Assembly: GCA_951406725.2 (NCBI GenBank)
Contig: OX597834.1
Coordinates: 25,234,001-25,298,000, forward strand
Source of the DNA: Octopus vulgaris
Lineage: Eukaryota
Direction of reading: 5' to 3'
DNA: 64,000 bases
Below are positions 1-14,186 of the stretch, in pieces (positions within the stretch are counted from its first letter, which is position 1; each line of letters starts with the position of its first letter). Below the pieces are notes generated by a model. That model saw nothing but the letters and a program-made list of their open reading frames with translations. It was not told where the DNA came from and did no database searches. The translations under genes were made by a program, and so were the position numbers.

Positions 1-148
1 GCAACCGGAATTGTGTGGAAGAAGAGTTGACTGAAAGAACACTTCAAATTTATAAACGGCACAACAACTAATAGATTCTTTAACCAACATATCATTAAAT
101 TCATGTGAATGGATCTAACACAAATATACCTATACATATATAAAAATA

Positions 149-301
149 GGCGTAGGAGTGGCTGTGTGGTAAGTAACTTGCTTACCAACCACATGGTTCT
201 GGGTTCAGTCCAACTGCGTGAAAACCTTGGGCAAGTGCCTCGGACCAACCAAAGCCTTGTGAGTGGATTTGATTGACGGAAACTGAAAGAAACCCGTCGT
301 A

Positions 302-303
<2 letters not shown>
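149..303 (+). mobile_element. tRNA-derived SINE family A, 5' half
   Basis: Head ggcgtaggagtggctgtgtggtaag (A box) ... gggttcagtcc (B box) ... ccttgtgagtggatttg ... gacggaaactgaaagaa; same sequence recurs about 8 times in the window. Confidence 0.85.
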
Positions 304-332
<29 letters not shown>

Positions 333-333
<1 letters not shown>

Positions 334-697
334 CTCTTTTACTCTTTTACATGTTTCAGTCATTTGACTGCGGCCATGCTGGAGCACCGCTTTTAGTCGA
401 GCAAATCGACCCCGGGACTTATTCTTTGTAAGCCCAGTACTTATTCTATCGGATCTTTTGCCGAATCGCTAAGTGACGGGGATGTAAACACACCAGCATC
501 GGTTGTCAAGCAATGCTAGGGGTACAAACACAGACACACAAACACATACACACACATACATATACATATATACGACAGGCTTCTTTCAGTTTCCGTCTAC
601 CAAATCCACTCACAAGGCATTGGTCGGCCCGAGGCTATAGTAGAAGACACTTGCCCAAGGTGCCACGCAGTGGGACTGAACCCGGAACCTGCGCCTA
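333..697 (-). mobile_element. SINE family A, near full length, deletion in the tRNA head
   Basis: Reverse complement of the 43101-43480 copy, including the 3' tail gcggtgctccagcatggccgcagtcaaatgactgaaac and an (AAAGAGT)n end. Confidence 0.9.
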
Positions 698-724
698 TAT
701 GTGTATGTATATATATATAGTTAT

Positions 725-2458
725 ACATGTTTACACTTTTTTCGCCATCAAAGTATTCTCCATTTTCCACTGTTCGAAGCAGTGCCGGAATTCTTGCGAA
801 ATGATGCCGTTTAACGCCTTCGTCGTTTTTTTTTGTTCACTTCTTCCACATCTGGAAAACCTTTTCAGTTAAGGACTTTTTTCTATTTGGCGCAGGGGCA
901 AATCGAGGAAGAAAGGAAGTACGTCTTTCTAAATAATGTTATTATGTTCTTTTCTTCTGCAAGTGTATTCTCTTCTAATTTGTGCCCTCCTTCGAAAAAA
1001 TTCCTAGGATTGCACCTGCAAGGGGAACAAGAGAATGTCATAGGAAGCAAGATCGGATGAATAAGGTCTTACAGCTGTTTCTAGGATATTTATAAATTAT
1101 ATCCCTTCATCGGAGACGGTGTGAGAGGAATGTTAAGTAATAGTTACTTTATATAGGATACAGAATAGAGAGTGAGGTGTAGGAAAGAAAATAGATGTAA
1201 GATATATAGGGTTATTAAAGTTGTAGATACAATTTTTTAGGCAGAATGGTATATATGTAAGATTCCAATACCATATACATACATACATGACGGTTATATA
1301 TATGACGACCAAGTATACAACAGGTGGATTTATTTCTCAGGAGGGTTGGTAAGCGTGGTCATGTCATTTTTGGTCAAAAACTTTCTCACATTCAAGACGG
1401 GGTGCGTAGGCGCAATGTCGTGTTGAAACCACCACTCTCCACTTGGCCGCAGGTTGGAGCGTCTCCGTTTCACAGCGCATCACATATGCTTTAGAACTGC
1501 CGAGTAAAATGTCTGGTCAACAGCTTGATCAGGAGGAACAAATTCTGTGTGAACAATTCCTTTGGCATCGATGAAACATCGTCTTAACATTGGACTTCAT
1601 CATCTTGACGTTGGACTTCACTTGACGCGTTTATTTGGGGCGTGGTGATATCGAAAGCTTCTAGTGAATGGATCTAACACAATATATACCTATACAGTCA
1701 CTCCTACGCCTATTTTTATATATGTATATGTATATTTGTGTTAGATCCATTCACATGATTGCTGCTTCGTTTCCGGGTCGTAGCCGTAGAAACAGCTTTC
1801 GTCACCAGTTATGACCTTCGAAAAAACGGTCCGGATCAACTTTTAACTGTTCTTTCAGTTCACGACACACCTTCTGTCGTGACTGCTTTCGATCTTCCGT
1901 GAGCAAGCGAGGCATAAATTTTGATGCAACACTTTTCATTCGCAATTTCTCGCTCAAAATTCGTTGGCAGGACTTCCAAGACACACCAGTCATATCAACA
2001 AGTATGTCAGTTATTCGATGATGGTCCTCCAAGATCAGTTCATGAATTTTCATGATGTTTAAATTCGTTCGAGAGGTCAATGTTTTCCCTGAACGACGTT
2101 GGTCTTCAAGCGACAAGTTACCATTCCTAAGGCATGGAAACCACCTATAAACTTTATTTTCGGTCGTGGCAGCGCCATAGAAAGCTGTTTGAAGCATGAC
2201 AACTGTTTCGGCCGCCATTTTTTCAGCAGAAAATAGAATTTCACGGAGGCACGCTGTTCCTTCATTTCAACCATCGCAATAATCGACAAGCAGGTTGAAG
2301 CACTGCAAAACAAAGACGCACCACGTGCCAGTACAACTACACTGGACGACACTGATGCCTGAGGGTTGCATCAAGTGGCTTCTAGCGTTGGAAGCTTCAG
2401 CTACAAAGGGCTTGTCTCATTGAGAGCGTTTCCGGTTACTTTTGGGTACCTCCTCGTT
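725..2458 (-). mobile_element. Decayed mariner DNA transposon, interrupted by insertions at about 870-1330 and 1664-1758
   Basis: Minus-strand peptides MKEQRASVKFYF, LSLEDQRRSGK, KFMPRLLTEDRKQSR, FIDAKGIVHTEFVPP, WWFQHDIAPTH and C-terminal EFRHCFEQWK..GEYFDG; TIR-like cgaggaggtacccaaaagtaaccggaa at about 2430-2457. Confidence 0.88.
1066..1117 (-). ncRNA. Minimal type I hammerhead ribozyme motif (PLE type), near intact
   Basis: Minus strand GTCT-CCGATGA-AGGGATAT(aatttataa)ATATCCTA-GAAAC-AGCT-GTA-AGAC: stem I GTCT/AGAC, core CCGAUGA (U4>C), stem II, GAAA, palindromic stem III ACAGCTGT, GUA site. Confidence 0.7.
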
Positions 2459-2499
2459 TATATGAATAAAAAAATATATATTGTTAACGTCAAAAAGAA

Positions 2500-2566
2500 T
2501 TATGTGTGTCCATAAATGCATGTATATATATGTGTGTGTGTGTATGTGTGTGTGTATGTATGTATG

Positions 2567-2598
<32 letters not shown>

Positions 2599-2762
2599 TG
2601 TGTGTGTATGCGTGTGTGTGTGTGACTGAATGGGTGTGTGTGTGTGTATTATACATACATGTGTGTGTGTATATATATATACGTATGTATATATATGTAT
2701 ATATAAATGTGCATATATGTATATGTATATATGTATATATGTATAACTATATATAAATATAC

Positions 2763-2816
<54 letters not shown>

Positions 2817-2910
2817 ATGTATGTATGTATATGTATATATAAATGTACATACACAAGCACCTGTTGTAAATACATATTACATGTGCTTCTATATGTATGT
2901 ATGTATGTTA
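2500..2910. repeat. Compound (TG)n/(TATG)n/(TA)n microsatellite, representative of dozens of such blocks in the window
   Basis: Read directly from the sequence. Confidence 0.95.
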
Positions 2911-3393
2911 ATTCCATTGTTGCTATATGCACTTACAAAGGAAAGGAAAAAAGAAAGTTTGAAATTCTGAATATTAGCCAGTTTGTATTCTAAAGTAAAT
3001 GTAAGTCACGTGTTGTACTAGAATACATCACACGTTCTACTAACGTTAGTATGTAAGTCTGCGAATATTCACTACAAATACTAACTTATATGTTTGTGTG
3101 TATGAGTTCGTTGCATTACTCCTAACTATAATATCTCTTATTTTGCTGAAATCTCAGAGCCAAAAGAATTCTGTCCTTCCCAGTATTTCATTACCAACAT
3201 CCGCTGTTGAATGTCGCTTTCCTGCAGACTGAAATTCTACAGAAACTTTAAGCAACGCAAAGAATAGAAAATAGAAAGAAAAATTTGTCAGAAATCCACT
3301 TGAGTAGAAAAGTGAACTTGGTTTACAGGAATATTTAAACGTGAAAGCCGTATGTATGGATGTTGCAGACATACATATAATTGTGTACGAGTT

Positions 3394-3458
<65 letters not shown>

Positions 3459-3569
3459 GTATATATATATATACATACATATGTATGTATATATTATATT
3501 ATTTATATTATATACTTCAAATATAAATTTGTATACATGAGTATATGAAGTATGTGAATGTAGATATGA

Positions 3570-3622
<53 letters not shown>

Positions 3623-3656
3623 TGTATATAAATTCATATCTATATCTACATCTACC

Positions 3657-3692
<36 letters not shown>

Positions 3693-4061
3693 TACATTAT
3701 ATTATATCATATTATATTTTGGGGGAGGATGCTAATCGATCACACTGACACCAGTACACAACTGGTATTTATTATTACTATCATCATCATCATCATCAGC
3801 AGCAGCATCATCATCATCATCATCATCATTTTAATATTGATGGTACAGTAAAAGCTCAAACAAGCGGGACATAGGATATTCTTATTTCGGATGCAAAAAT
3901 AGAGGTGTTGACGTTTCAGATAGTTTTCTTTCATCAACGTAGGAATTTTGTTATATGCTCACGTCCATATCAGTATGAAAAACAGGATCTGAATGCTTTC
4001 TTTGAAATTGCTCACTCAACCCACAAAAGTTGTAACCATCGCATTGGTGCACTACCACCAT

Positions 4062-4146
<85 letters not shown>

Positions 4147-4769
4147 TTGTTTTGGTTAAATGCTAGAGCATCTGTCACATTTACAGATGATTCGGGTTCG
4201 AATTCCATGGGCAACCTTTAACATTTTACATTCAAGAGATTTTTAACCCAATAATCTATATGCTGTTCTTTATAGCTTTATCTACAGCGAGCTCCGCTGT
4301 TAAAAATGATTTTTTTTCATTAATTAATACTTTGCGAAATCCTTCCAAATACCTGTTTTGTTATTCATAATGTCTAGGACAAATGAAATTCAATAACAAG
4401 ATGTAAATAGTAATCTATTTGTTTTATATTACTTTTTAATATATTTTATAACGGTTGCTTTCTTTATCTTTTCTAATATATTACACCTGAAGCATTCTTT
4501 TTTTTTTTATTTGATCTGTTTTACCACAAGATCAAAACAGATTGAAAGCCATTGCCCTAAAGTCATAAGTAAAATAGAGAAACCGTTGGATAAATCGTAT
4601 TTCCCAACATCGACCATATCGGGAAGATATTTCCTTGTGGCGCTGCATTCGTCATTGATCGCTTTGTTTGGGTTAAACTGCGGCTGAAGAATAAAGGGGA
4701 CAAGGACAACAGCACCGAGAAAGTATGTCACTAATCTCATTATCACTATCGCCATTAGTAACATTGGCG

Positions 4770-4770
4770 C

Positions 4771-4864
<94 letters not shown>

Positions 4865-5112
4865 GACATCATTATATCAATATTGTCATCATCATCACCA
4901 TTATCAGCATGAACGTAGCCGCCGTCATCGCCATCATTATCGTCATCGTCGTGGTCCTCGTCGTTGTCACTGCCATTGCTGTCATCGTCGTCGTCATCAT
5001 TGTCATCGTAAACATCATCACCACCTCCAGCATCATCATCGTCGTCGTCGTCGTCGTCGTTATCTCCACCACCACCACTGTTACCACCACCATCAACACC
5101 ACCACCACCACC

Positions 5113-5177
<65 letters not shown>

Positions 5178-5215
5178 TCATCATCATCATCACCATCATC
5201 ATTGCCATCAATAAG
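4770..5215. repeat. (CAT)n/(CGT)n/(CAC)n trinucleotide array
   Basis: Read directly; explains the poly-D/G/M/H ORFs. Confidence 0.95.
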
Positions 5216-5788
5216 GTCTTCGCCATCATCACCACCATACCAACAATATCTTTATGTTCAAAGAACACTAATATCATTAGTAGATGGCGCTAATATCATT
5301 GGCATTGTCTCCTCTGTTTGCGGTTTGTACATTTTAAACACCCTTCGAGGGAGATTTATTTTCCTAAGAGTAAGGATAACTTGATTAAACGAAAATTTTC
5401 AACTTGCTCTATTACTTTACTGCTTCCGTTTGGTACAAGTTCAACCTTGAAGGTCCTCATTTTAATATCGATGGAAAAATTCTGATGATTGTTCACTTAT
5501 ATACAATTAGGGTCAATTAGTCCCTTTTTTAAGGGCTGGTTTATCGGTCATTGCCTAAAGGCAGACTTAGAATGAAACTCCTCTCCATCATAACGCCACA
5601 AACAAGATTGTGAACCTTATTCTAAAAGGAAGCAATAAGTTTAGAAGTATTTGTATTTGTTACAGAAGGGAGGGTCATGGCGTTAAAACATGACATGGCG
5701 TTAAACCAGCAATCACAGACACATACACAAAACGCACACAAATGCAGACACAGACTCTCTCTATCTATCTATCTCTCTCTCACACACA

Positions 5789-5838
<50 letters not shown>

Positions 5839-6289
5839 AACAAACAAACAAACAAACACATTAATATATACAAGCAGCGCTGCTGATGATGCACAAAAAG
5901 GCAGAAATGCGCATCTAACGATTCTACTACCGCTGCTGAACAATTTTCATCAGTTACTGACATATTTTTGCCGTATTGAACGCAATACGTCTGTATGAGA
6001 TATTATCTCCGGTCGAATACCGCAATAAACTTGGCATTCCCTGAAATGTGTTTGCATTAAGTATGATAAACGGGTCGCTATTTTAACTTAATAGTGTTTC
6101 TGTTGTCGGCAACGAATTTTTTTATTCGTGTATGTAGGTAGGTATACGTGTGCGGGAGGGAGAGGGAAAGCGGGAGAAGATGGGCGATAGGGAGAGAAGA
6201 TGGAGGAGAGAAAAACACAGTAGAATGTGTGACAGAAACTCTAGCGGGTCGAAAATCGAAGTCGATCTGATGTAATGTTACTCGACAGG

Positions 6290-6460
6290 CGCTAAATGTT
6301 CAGTTTTCTAATTTCTCTTTGAGACGTATCAAATGTATCAATATGGCGGATTCCAATCCGAGACAGGAAATGAAGAGACACGCCATGTTTTTGGCTCTAG
6401 CCGCCATTCACGTCTTTGCTTTTACTGTGCTAGGATTTCTTACTGGCTGCCTGCTGCACA

Positions 6461-6465
<5 letters not shown>
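6290..6465 (+). mobile_element. Possible 5' fragment of a maT/Tc1-like transposase
   Basis: MADSNPRQEMKRHAMFLAL resembles the N-terminus MTQFALPEIWKRHAVLLGI of the DD37D element at 52.6 kb. Confidence 0.35.
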
Positions 6466-6513
<48 letters not shown>

Positions 6514-6516
<3 letters not shown>

Positions 6517-6780
6517 TGTATGAGTGTAATCAACTACATGTGTGTGTCTGTATATGTATATATGTATATATGTATGTGTATATATATATATGTATACACG
6601 CGCACACACACATTTATATAGACACACACACACACATATATATATATGTGTGTGTTGTGTGTGTGTATGTGCCTATATAAATGTGTGTGTGCGCGTGTAT
6701 ACATATATATATATACACATACATATATACATATATACATATACAGACACACACATGTAGTTGATTACACTCATACATGA
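6514..6780. repeat. Near-perfect palindrome of about 267 bp centred on (TA)n
   Basis: tcatgtatgagtgtaatcaactacatg... at 6514 is mirrored by ...catgtagttgattacactcatacatga ending at 6780. Confidence 0.92.
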
Positions 6781-7096
6781 ATATATAGATATATATACGT
6801 ATACATATACATATACGTATATATACATACATACACACACATACATACATACATACATACATACATACATACATACATGCATGCATGCATACATACATAC
6901 ATACATACATACATACATACATACATACATACATACATACATACATACATACATACATACATACATACGTGTAACAAAATATGTATAATCTAAATGGAAT
7001 TCGAACTGAAAATCAATTAAGGCTGATATAAAATAAAAAGCACATGCATATATATATATATATCATAACAATATGTGTGTATATGTATATATGCGT

Positions 7097-7130
<34 letters not shown>

Positions 7131-7285
7131 ATTGTTATGAAAGCTTCGTTTTATTGGCAGCTTTCAGTTCATTACGTATAGATTATGTATTATTTTGTGC
7201 TATTGCGCCAGTTCAGATCATGCGTGTTTAATATATATGTGTGTGTATACATACACACATAAATATGTATATATATATGTGTGTG

Positions 7286-7422
<137 letters not shown>

Positions 7423-7510
7423 GGAAAGTTGTTGAGCCCTCTCGTTCACTGTGCTGGGAATATCTTCTTGACATATTTGACGAATATTCACATATATACA
7501 TTTATAATAC

Positions 7511-7562
<52 letters not shown>

Positions 7563-7899
7563 GCGGGTGTACGTGTTCATGTATGTGTTTATATATATAA
7601 GGGTGTGTATATATTTAATGAATACTAACACATGGATGTATATGTATGTCTATATTACATGTGTGGCATATATGAGTGCTATACACATAGACTGATATGC
7701 ATGTGTAGAAGTGTGTGAGCATGTGTATGTGTATGTATGTATGTATGCTCGCGTGTGTGTGTATATGTGTGTTTAAAAGGCGCTCGGAGAAAAGTTTCTG
7801 AAAACAAATATATACGCATAAATAAACTATTATACATATTGATAGAAAGAGAAATAGAGAAAATATATATAGTGTGTGAGAGAGAGAGAGAGAGAGAGA

Positions 7900-7935
<36 letters not shown>

Positions 7936-8232
7936 TGAAGAAGGAGTGGGTAGGGTTGTGGTGCGGTAAGAGACTTATCCAATTGAAAAGTGTTTCCCTG
8001 GCGCTGAATGTTTCGGAAATTGGAATAAGTTCAATATCTAAGTGACAAAATGATTACTGAGCGGAAAGAAAATTAACAAATAATAGCATATAGAACAGAA
8101 CACATATAGACACACACACGCACGCATACACACCCACCACATACACACCCACGCACACAAACACACACACACACACACACACATATATGTAAGCCTGTGT
8201 GTGTTTATTCTTTTATATTCATATAAGTATAT

Positions 8233-8292
<60 letters not shown>

Positions 8293-8319
8293 ACGTATAT
8301 GTATATATATGTATTTGTG

Positions 8320-8353
<34 letters not shown>

Positions 8354-8455
8354 CATATATGTATATATATGTATATATATATATATTATATGTATATATA
8401 TATATGTATATATATGTATATATACATATGTATATGTATATATATACACATAAAC

Positions 8456-8487
<32 letters not shown>

Positions 8488-9236
8488 ATATATGTGCATT
8501 TTGTATATATTGCCACATAGACATACACGTGTATATATACACACATATACATACATGCATATATGTATACCCACCTAGGTATACATATAAATATAAAGCC
8601 TGGTAGTTAGGTAGATAGAAGAAGCAAAGAGACACAAATTTACCTTTAATATAACCCTAAAAACAAAACCAAGAAATAAACACAGACGGAAAATGAAAGG
8701 CCTAGATTAAGTCAACGAGAACATACGAGAGTAAAAACTAAAAATGTAAAATATAATATAAAATCACCATAAAAAAAATATAAGGAAAAAAATAAATAAA
8801 TATAGCTGCCACCAACTGAACAGTATTCTGTTGAGTATGCGGGGGTGAGTGGAAGAAGGTGAGGTAATTTCCAGTAGGAATGCTACAATAAGCTGTCTTT
8901 GGAGAAAGTCTGCCGATTTCTGTTGATTCGCTACCGTAAAATAGGTGCAACTCTTAATTGAAAATATTCTGTTGAAAAAAAATAGATTTGACGAAATCGA
9001 CAGGAAAAAAAAAACATAGATGAGGAAAAATAGGAATGACAAGAATGGTAATGTGTAATAAATGATGCCCTTTGATGGTGTTGTTGTTGTTGTTCTGCGA
9101 ATTGTTGCGATGATGGCGGAGGTGATGCGATGGCGATGGCGTGGGCGTCGTTAGTTTTTGTTATTGTTATTCCTGTTTTGTATTGTTAATATTGTTGCTG
9201 CTGTTGTTAATGTTGTTAAATGTCGTCGTTGTTGCG

Positions 9237-9267
<31 letters not shown>

Positions 9268-9824
9268 CTGCTGTGGCTGTTGTCATTCTTGTTGCTTGTC
9301 GTTGTTGAAACGCTAGATGCCGTTCCTTCCCAATCAAAATCCAAAGATTGCATCGTGAAAACAACTTTAAACTTGTTTATAATTCCATCTTCAATATCTG
9401 AAAACTAGTTCTTAGAAATGCAATTTGTGTGTGTGCGTATGCCTGTGCGTGTGTGTGTCTTAATCATATGTGTGTATATAAGCACACATACAAATGAAAA
9501 AGTTTTTATCTCCAAATGCATACAGAACTTGTTGTATTAAAGTGTATGTTTATATAAGCCTCCCATACACACACATATATGTATATATAAATATACGTTT
9601 GAGTATGCATGTATGTATGCATGTATATTATATATATATATATATGTATACATACATACATGCATACATGCATACACGCATACATATTTTTCGTACCCGT
9701 AGATAAATTTATAAAAAATTAATCCCACATAAAACGGATGATAGTACACTAATTATAGCATGTGTGTGTGTGTCTGCATATATGTGTGTATGTGTGTGTC
9801 TCTGAGTGTAGTTGGAGGCATACG

Positions 9825-9862
<38 letters not shown>

Positions 9863-9912
9863 CACACACACATATATATATATATATACACAATGTACAC
9901 ACACTCGCACAC

Positions 9913-9985
<73 letters not shown>

Positions 9986-10439
9986 CGTTTGTATCTTGAT
10001 TACAGATAAAAAAAAAAGCATTTTTTATTAAAAATAACCTTTTAATCGGCAAAAATAAAAAAGTAAAAGAAATTTTTTAACTAAAAGGGCAAAAACCAAA
10101 CTCAACGAAATTCCTGGAATGAATGCTAAACTGAATCAGAAAGAAGAAGATGTTAAAAGTGCAGTCTGGGATTAGGTTGGAGGTGTGTTAAATTCAAGGA
10201 AGTGCCGTGTGTACTTTTGGAGTGAAACTTTGGTAAGGAATCAAGAGAGACTTTCGAAACACTAAGCTGTTAACGGAACGAAATATTAGATTAACATAAA
10301 CTCTATGTGTGTGAGTAAGTAGGTATCTATATGCATGTGGGTTTGTGTGTGTATGCGTGTGTATGCGTGTGTGTGCCTCCCTCTCCACACTCTTTCTCTC
10401 TCGCTCTCCCATCTCTCTCTCTCTCTCTCTCTCTCTCTT

Positions 10440-10650
10440 GGCCTAGTAGTTAGCGTAATCGGCTTACGATCGCAAGGTCGTGAGCTCGGTTCTCAGCGGC
10501 GCGTTGTGTTCTTGAGCAAGACACTTTATTTCACATTGCTCCAGTTCACTCAACTGACAAAAATGAGTTGTACTTGTAATTCAAAGGGCCAGCATTGTCA
10601 CATTCTGTGTCACACTGAATCTCCTCTCAGAACACGTGGCTCTGGAGTGC
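10440..10650 (+). mobile_element. tRNA-derived SINE with CORE-like segment
   Basis: ggcctagtagttagc head, then tgtgttcttgagcaagacactttatttcacattgctccagttcactcaactg..aaatgagt. Confidence 0.7.
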
Positions 10651-10652
10651 TT

Positions 10653-10815
10653 CGACAACGACACTCCGGTCTCACGCCATTTCCGCTCTACCGATCACTC
10701 TTTTCAACACCTGTCTGTGTTAGGATTGTCCTTGCATAGGGGTCATCTAACTCTCGTCTTCACCGCGAGCAAGGATTAATCTTCTCTCTTCGCTCCTTTG
10801 CGCCATATGGCTTGT
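10653..10815 (+). pseudogene. Penelope-like GIY-YIG endonuclease C-terminal remnant
   Basis: DNDTPVSRHFRSTDHSFQHLSVLGL.../SRLHREQGLIFSLRSFAPYGL fits the PLE R...E..LIF.L....P.GL(N) end; overlaps in sequence with the 57912 fragment. Confidence 0.65.
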
Positions 10816-10985
10816 CATCTCTTGCTAAAATGCCTCTTTCTCCTCCACTAGGAAGGTTATTGTTGGAGCATACACGTTGACGAGGGTCTGGTGTCAGTTA
10901 TTCATGACTGGTATCCGTAGAGTCGTCTAAGACGACCGATGGAAGTTTGTGTGTGAGTATGTGTGCGTGTATATATATATATTTG

Positions 10986-11026
<41 letters not shown>

Positions 11027-11456
11027 CCGTGCTTGCATATATAAACCCGTATCTATGTATATATGTTTGTATATCTGTATAAACTCTTTCACTAGATTTA
11101 GCTAGAGGGATATACGCACATACACATGCATACACTCAGACACACATACGCATACACATTCATTCACACATACACACACACATTTCTTTCTCTCTTGGCC
11201 AACATGTATGTAATTATTTAATTACGACTTTTATCCTCGGATAATTTGGCGTCTTTTAAAGGAATCTGGAATTGGCAGAGGAGTTTCGGAGAACATAAAG
11301 TGTATAATGTTCACGTCCATACGTGCACACACACACACATACACATCTATATGCATATCTATATGTGTGCATATATATGTGAATATTTCTCTGTAGATGT
11401 TTATAGTCAGACAAACAGACAGACATGTAAGTAGATAGATAGATTGATAGATAGAT

Positions 11457-11506
<50 letters not shown>

Positions 11507-11759
11507 GCAGGCAGGCAGACAGACAGACAGATACATACATACATACATACATACATACATACATACATACATACATACATACATTGAGATTGTGTAAAAA
11601 AGAACTAGTCTTGGATAATTACACATTAATGAATATAATTAACATTAAATGTTTGCCGCTCAATCTCAAACGATGTGAAGGCAAAATAATGAAAGTGTTT
11701 TTTTTCCTTGAAGTCACTCATACACACACACATACACACACACATACACATAAACACAC

Positions 11760-11886
<127 letters not shown>

Positions 11887-11889
11887 ATG

Positions 11890-11920
<31 letters not shown>

Positions 11921-11935
11921 GTGTGTGTGTGTATG

Positions 11936-11971
<36 letters not shown>

Positions 11972-12786
11972 AGTGTGTGTAACGCATATGTTTATATGTA
12001 CGTTTCTATTCATGTTTACCCGTGTAAAACTGAATTGATTCCCAACTCAATGAAGGCTATTTAACTTACTTAAAATACCTTCCAGGGCTGACTCCCAACT
12101 CGTGTTTGGAATACATATAGAGCACCCAATGAGTCTTTCGAAAGGCAATACGAAAAATTGGCGACCCTCGCGAGCCTCCGTAGAAGACTGGCCACAGTTA
12201 TAGTTCCTTTACACGAAATATTCCGAGCTTTTGATCTTTCAGATAAAATGTTTCATATCATGTGTTTTCCTCTTCGACAAAACACTGGCAAAACACAATT
12301 TACTGTTCGTGTTCACAACCGAAACAAAATCTCCATGCATACTGCTGCAGTTGTTGTTGTTGTTATTTTTGTTGTTGTTGTTGACAAGATTTCTACTCGA
12401 CTGAGTTAAAATGACTACGCTTTCTCTCTGTTTGTACATATTATTAATATCTTATATTATAATTAAATTAGCGGTCTGTTTGTTTTGTGTCTGCTTTCAG
12501 TGTGTGATGTTGTATTACTTTGCACAATTTCAGCCTTTCATTTCTAGAATCATAGCGCGAAATGAGCGTGACCATTTAAATATTTTATAGGTGACGCGTA
12601 ATAAAAAAATTAAATTTTGTGTAAAAAACGAACTCAGATTTCATTTTTTTTTTTTTTTTTCATTTGTCATACTCTGTAAGAGAAAACTTCATATTGTATG
12701 AAATTATCTATATGTAAGTATTTATGGTAAAATCTTTTCATTTTGAAGAAAGACTTGTAAAATACATCTGCTCCATCACCAGGGAA

Positions 12787-12806
12787 CAATAATAATAACA
12801 ATAATG

Positions 12807-12887
<81 letters not shown>

Positions 12888-12915
12888 TAATAATAATAAG
12901 GATAATGATAATAAA

Positions 12916-12998
<83 letters not shown>

Positions 12999-13048
12999 CA
13001 ATGACAATGATAATAATAATAATAATAATGATGATGATGATGATGATG
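12787..13048. repeat. (AAT)n/(GAT)n array
   Basis: Read directly. Confidence 0.95.
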
Positions 13049-13740
13049 ATTTTGAAACTGTATGGCAAGAATGAAACATAAGTGAGTTCCTTGGTGAACA
13101 CGGTCCACTGTTTTAGTACTGATATTAGAATGGAATTTGGACTCAAGAAGTGCGGAATAATCTACCTAAAAAGAGGCAAGATACAGTCCCTAGCAAGGAT
13201 AGAATTACTGAATAGAGAATTGACTAAACAAATTGAAATGGGAGGATACAGATAATGAAAAAGGAAATGAAAAAGCACCTGAGGATGGAGTATTTCCGAA
13301 GACTGAGCTCAAAATTGACTGAATGCAATAAAATCTAAGCAGTTAATACGTAAGAAATATTTGATGTTGTGGGACTTTAACATTCAGACTGACAGAGTAA
13401 TAGAAGCTAGAAGGCCAGATTTAGTAGTAGCAGATAAAGGGAATGGAAAATGCCAGATAATGGACTTCACAGTCCCAAATGATGAAAAAAATCATTATTT
13501 GCAGTATAGGGAAGATAGTAAAGTACCAGGACCTAGCCATTGAATTACAGACACTATGGTGGAAAATGCGGGTAAAATGTATCCCAGTAGTTATAGGTGC
13601 ATTAGGAACTCTCTCAAAAGATTTGAACAGATGGATAGAGGAAATAGGCGGGAAACCCACTTAAGAACAGCTCCAGAAAACAGTGTTATTAGGGACAGCT
13701 AGAATTCTTAGGAGCGTTCTTGGCATCTAAGGTTACTTGT
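13045..13740 (+). mobile_element. R4/Dong-like (restriction-like endonuclease) non-LTR retrotransposon, internally deleted 3' part
   Basis: LKLYGKNE...DIRMEFGLKKC (RT), then LWDFNIQTDRVIEARRPDLVV..KYQDLAIEL..IPVVIGALG..QKTVLLGTARILR (RLE domain). Confidence 0.88.
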
Positions 13741-13992
13741 TGAAGCCCGATATTAGGAAGTTTACTTTTCCGACTGTTTAATTTGTAATGCGTATATGGA
13801 AACTTAAAGTCGCGGAATATGACTTGCTATCCAAGAGAATGAACCTAGGCCTGGGAGACAGAAACATATAATCCTTTGTACGAAATGTTGCTAAGTATTT
13901 TTCCCCGGGGGGGGGGGGGGCTAATGATCCTTCAAGCTAGCCTTATGTAATAATAATAATAATAATAATAATAATGATGATGGTGATGATGA

Positions 13993-14026
<34 letters not shown>

Positions 14027-14034
14027 GGTTTGTG

Positions 14035-14074
<40 letters not shown>

Positions 14075-14127
14075 AAGTAATGATGATGATAATGATAGAA
14101 GTAATGATGATGATAATGATGATAATG

Positions 14128-14186
<59 letters not shown>

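Noticed and set aside
149-230. SINE heads as tRNA genes
   Set aside because: A and B boxes are present but acceptor and anticodon stems do not pair, unlike 55009-55091
3154-3250. Neuropeptide-like GKR motif (FQSAGKR)
   Set aside because: Single motif with no linked signal peptide or repeated peptides; expected by chance
4507-5384. 256-aa and 219-aa ORFs with poly-D/G/M/H/S
   Set aside because: Open on both strands and in several frames because of (CAT)n/(CAC)n arrays; no recognisable domain
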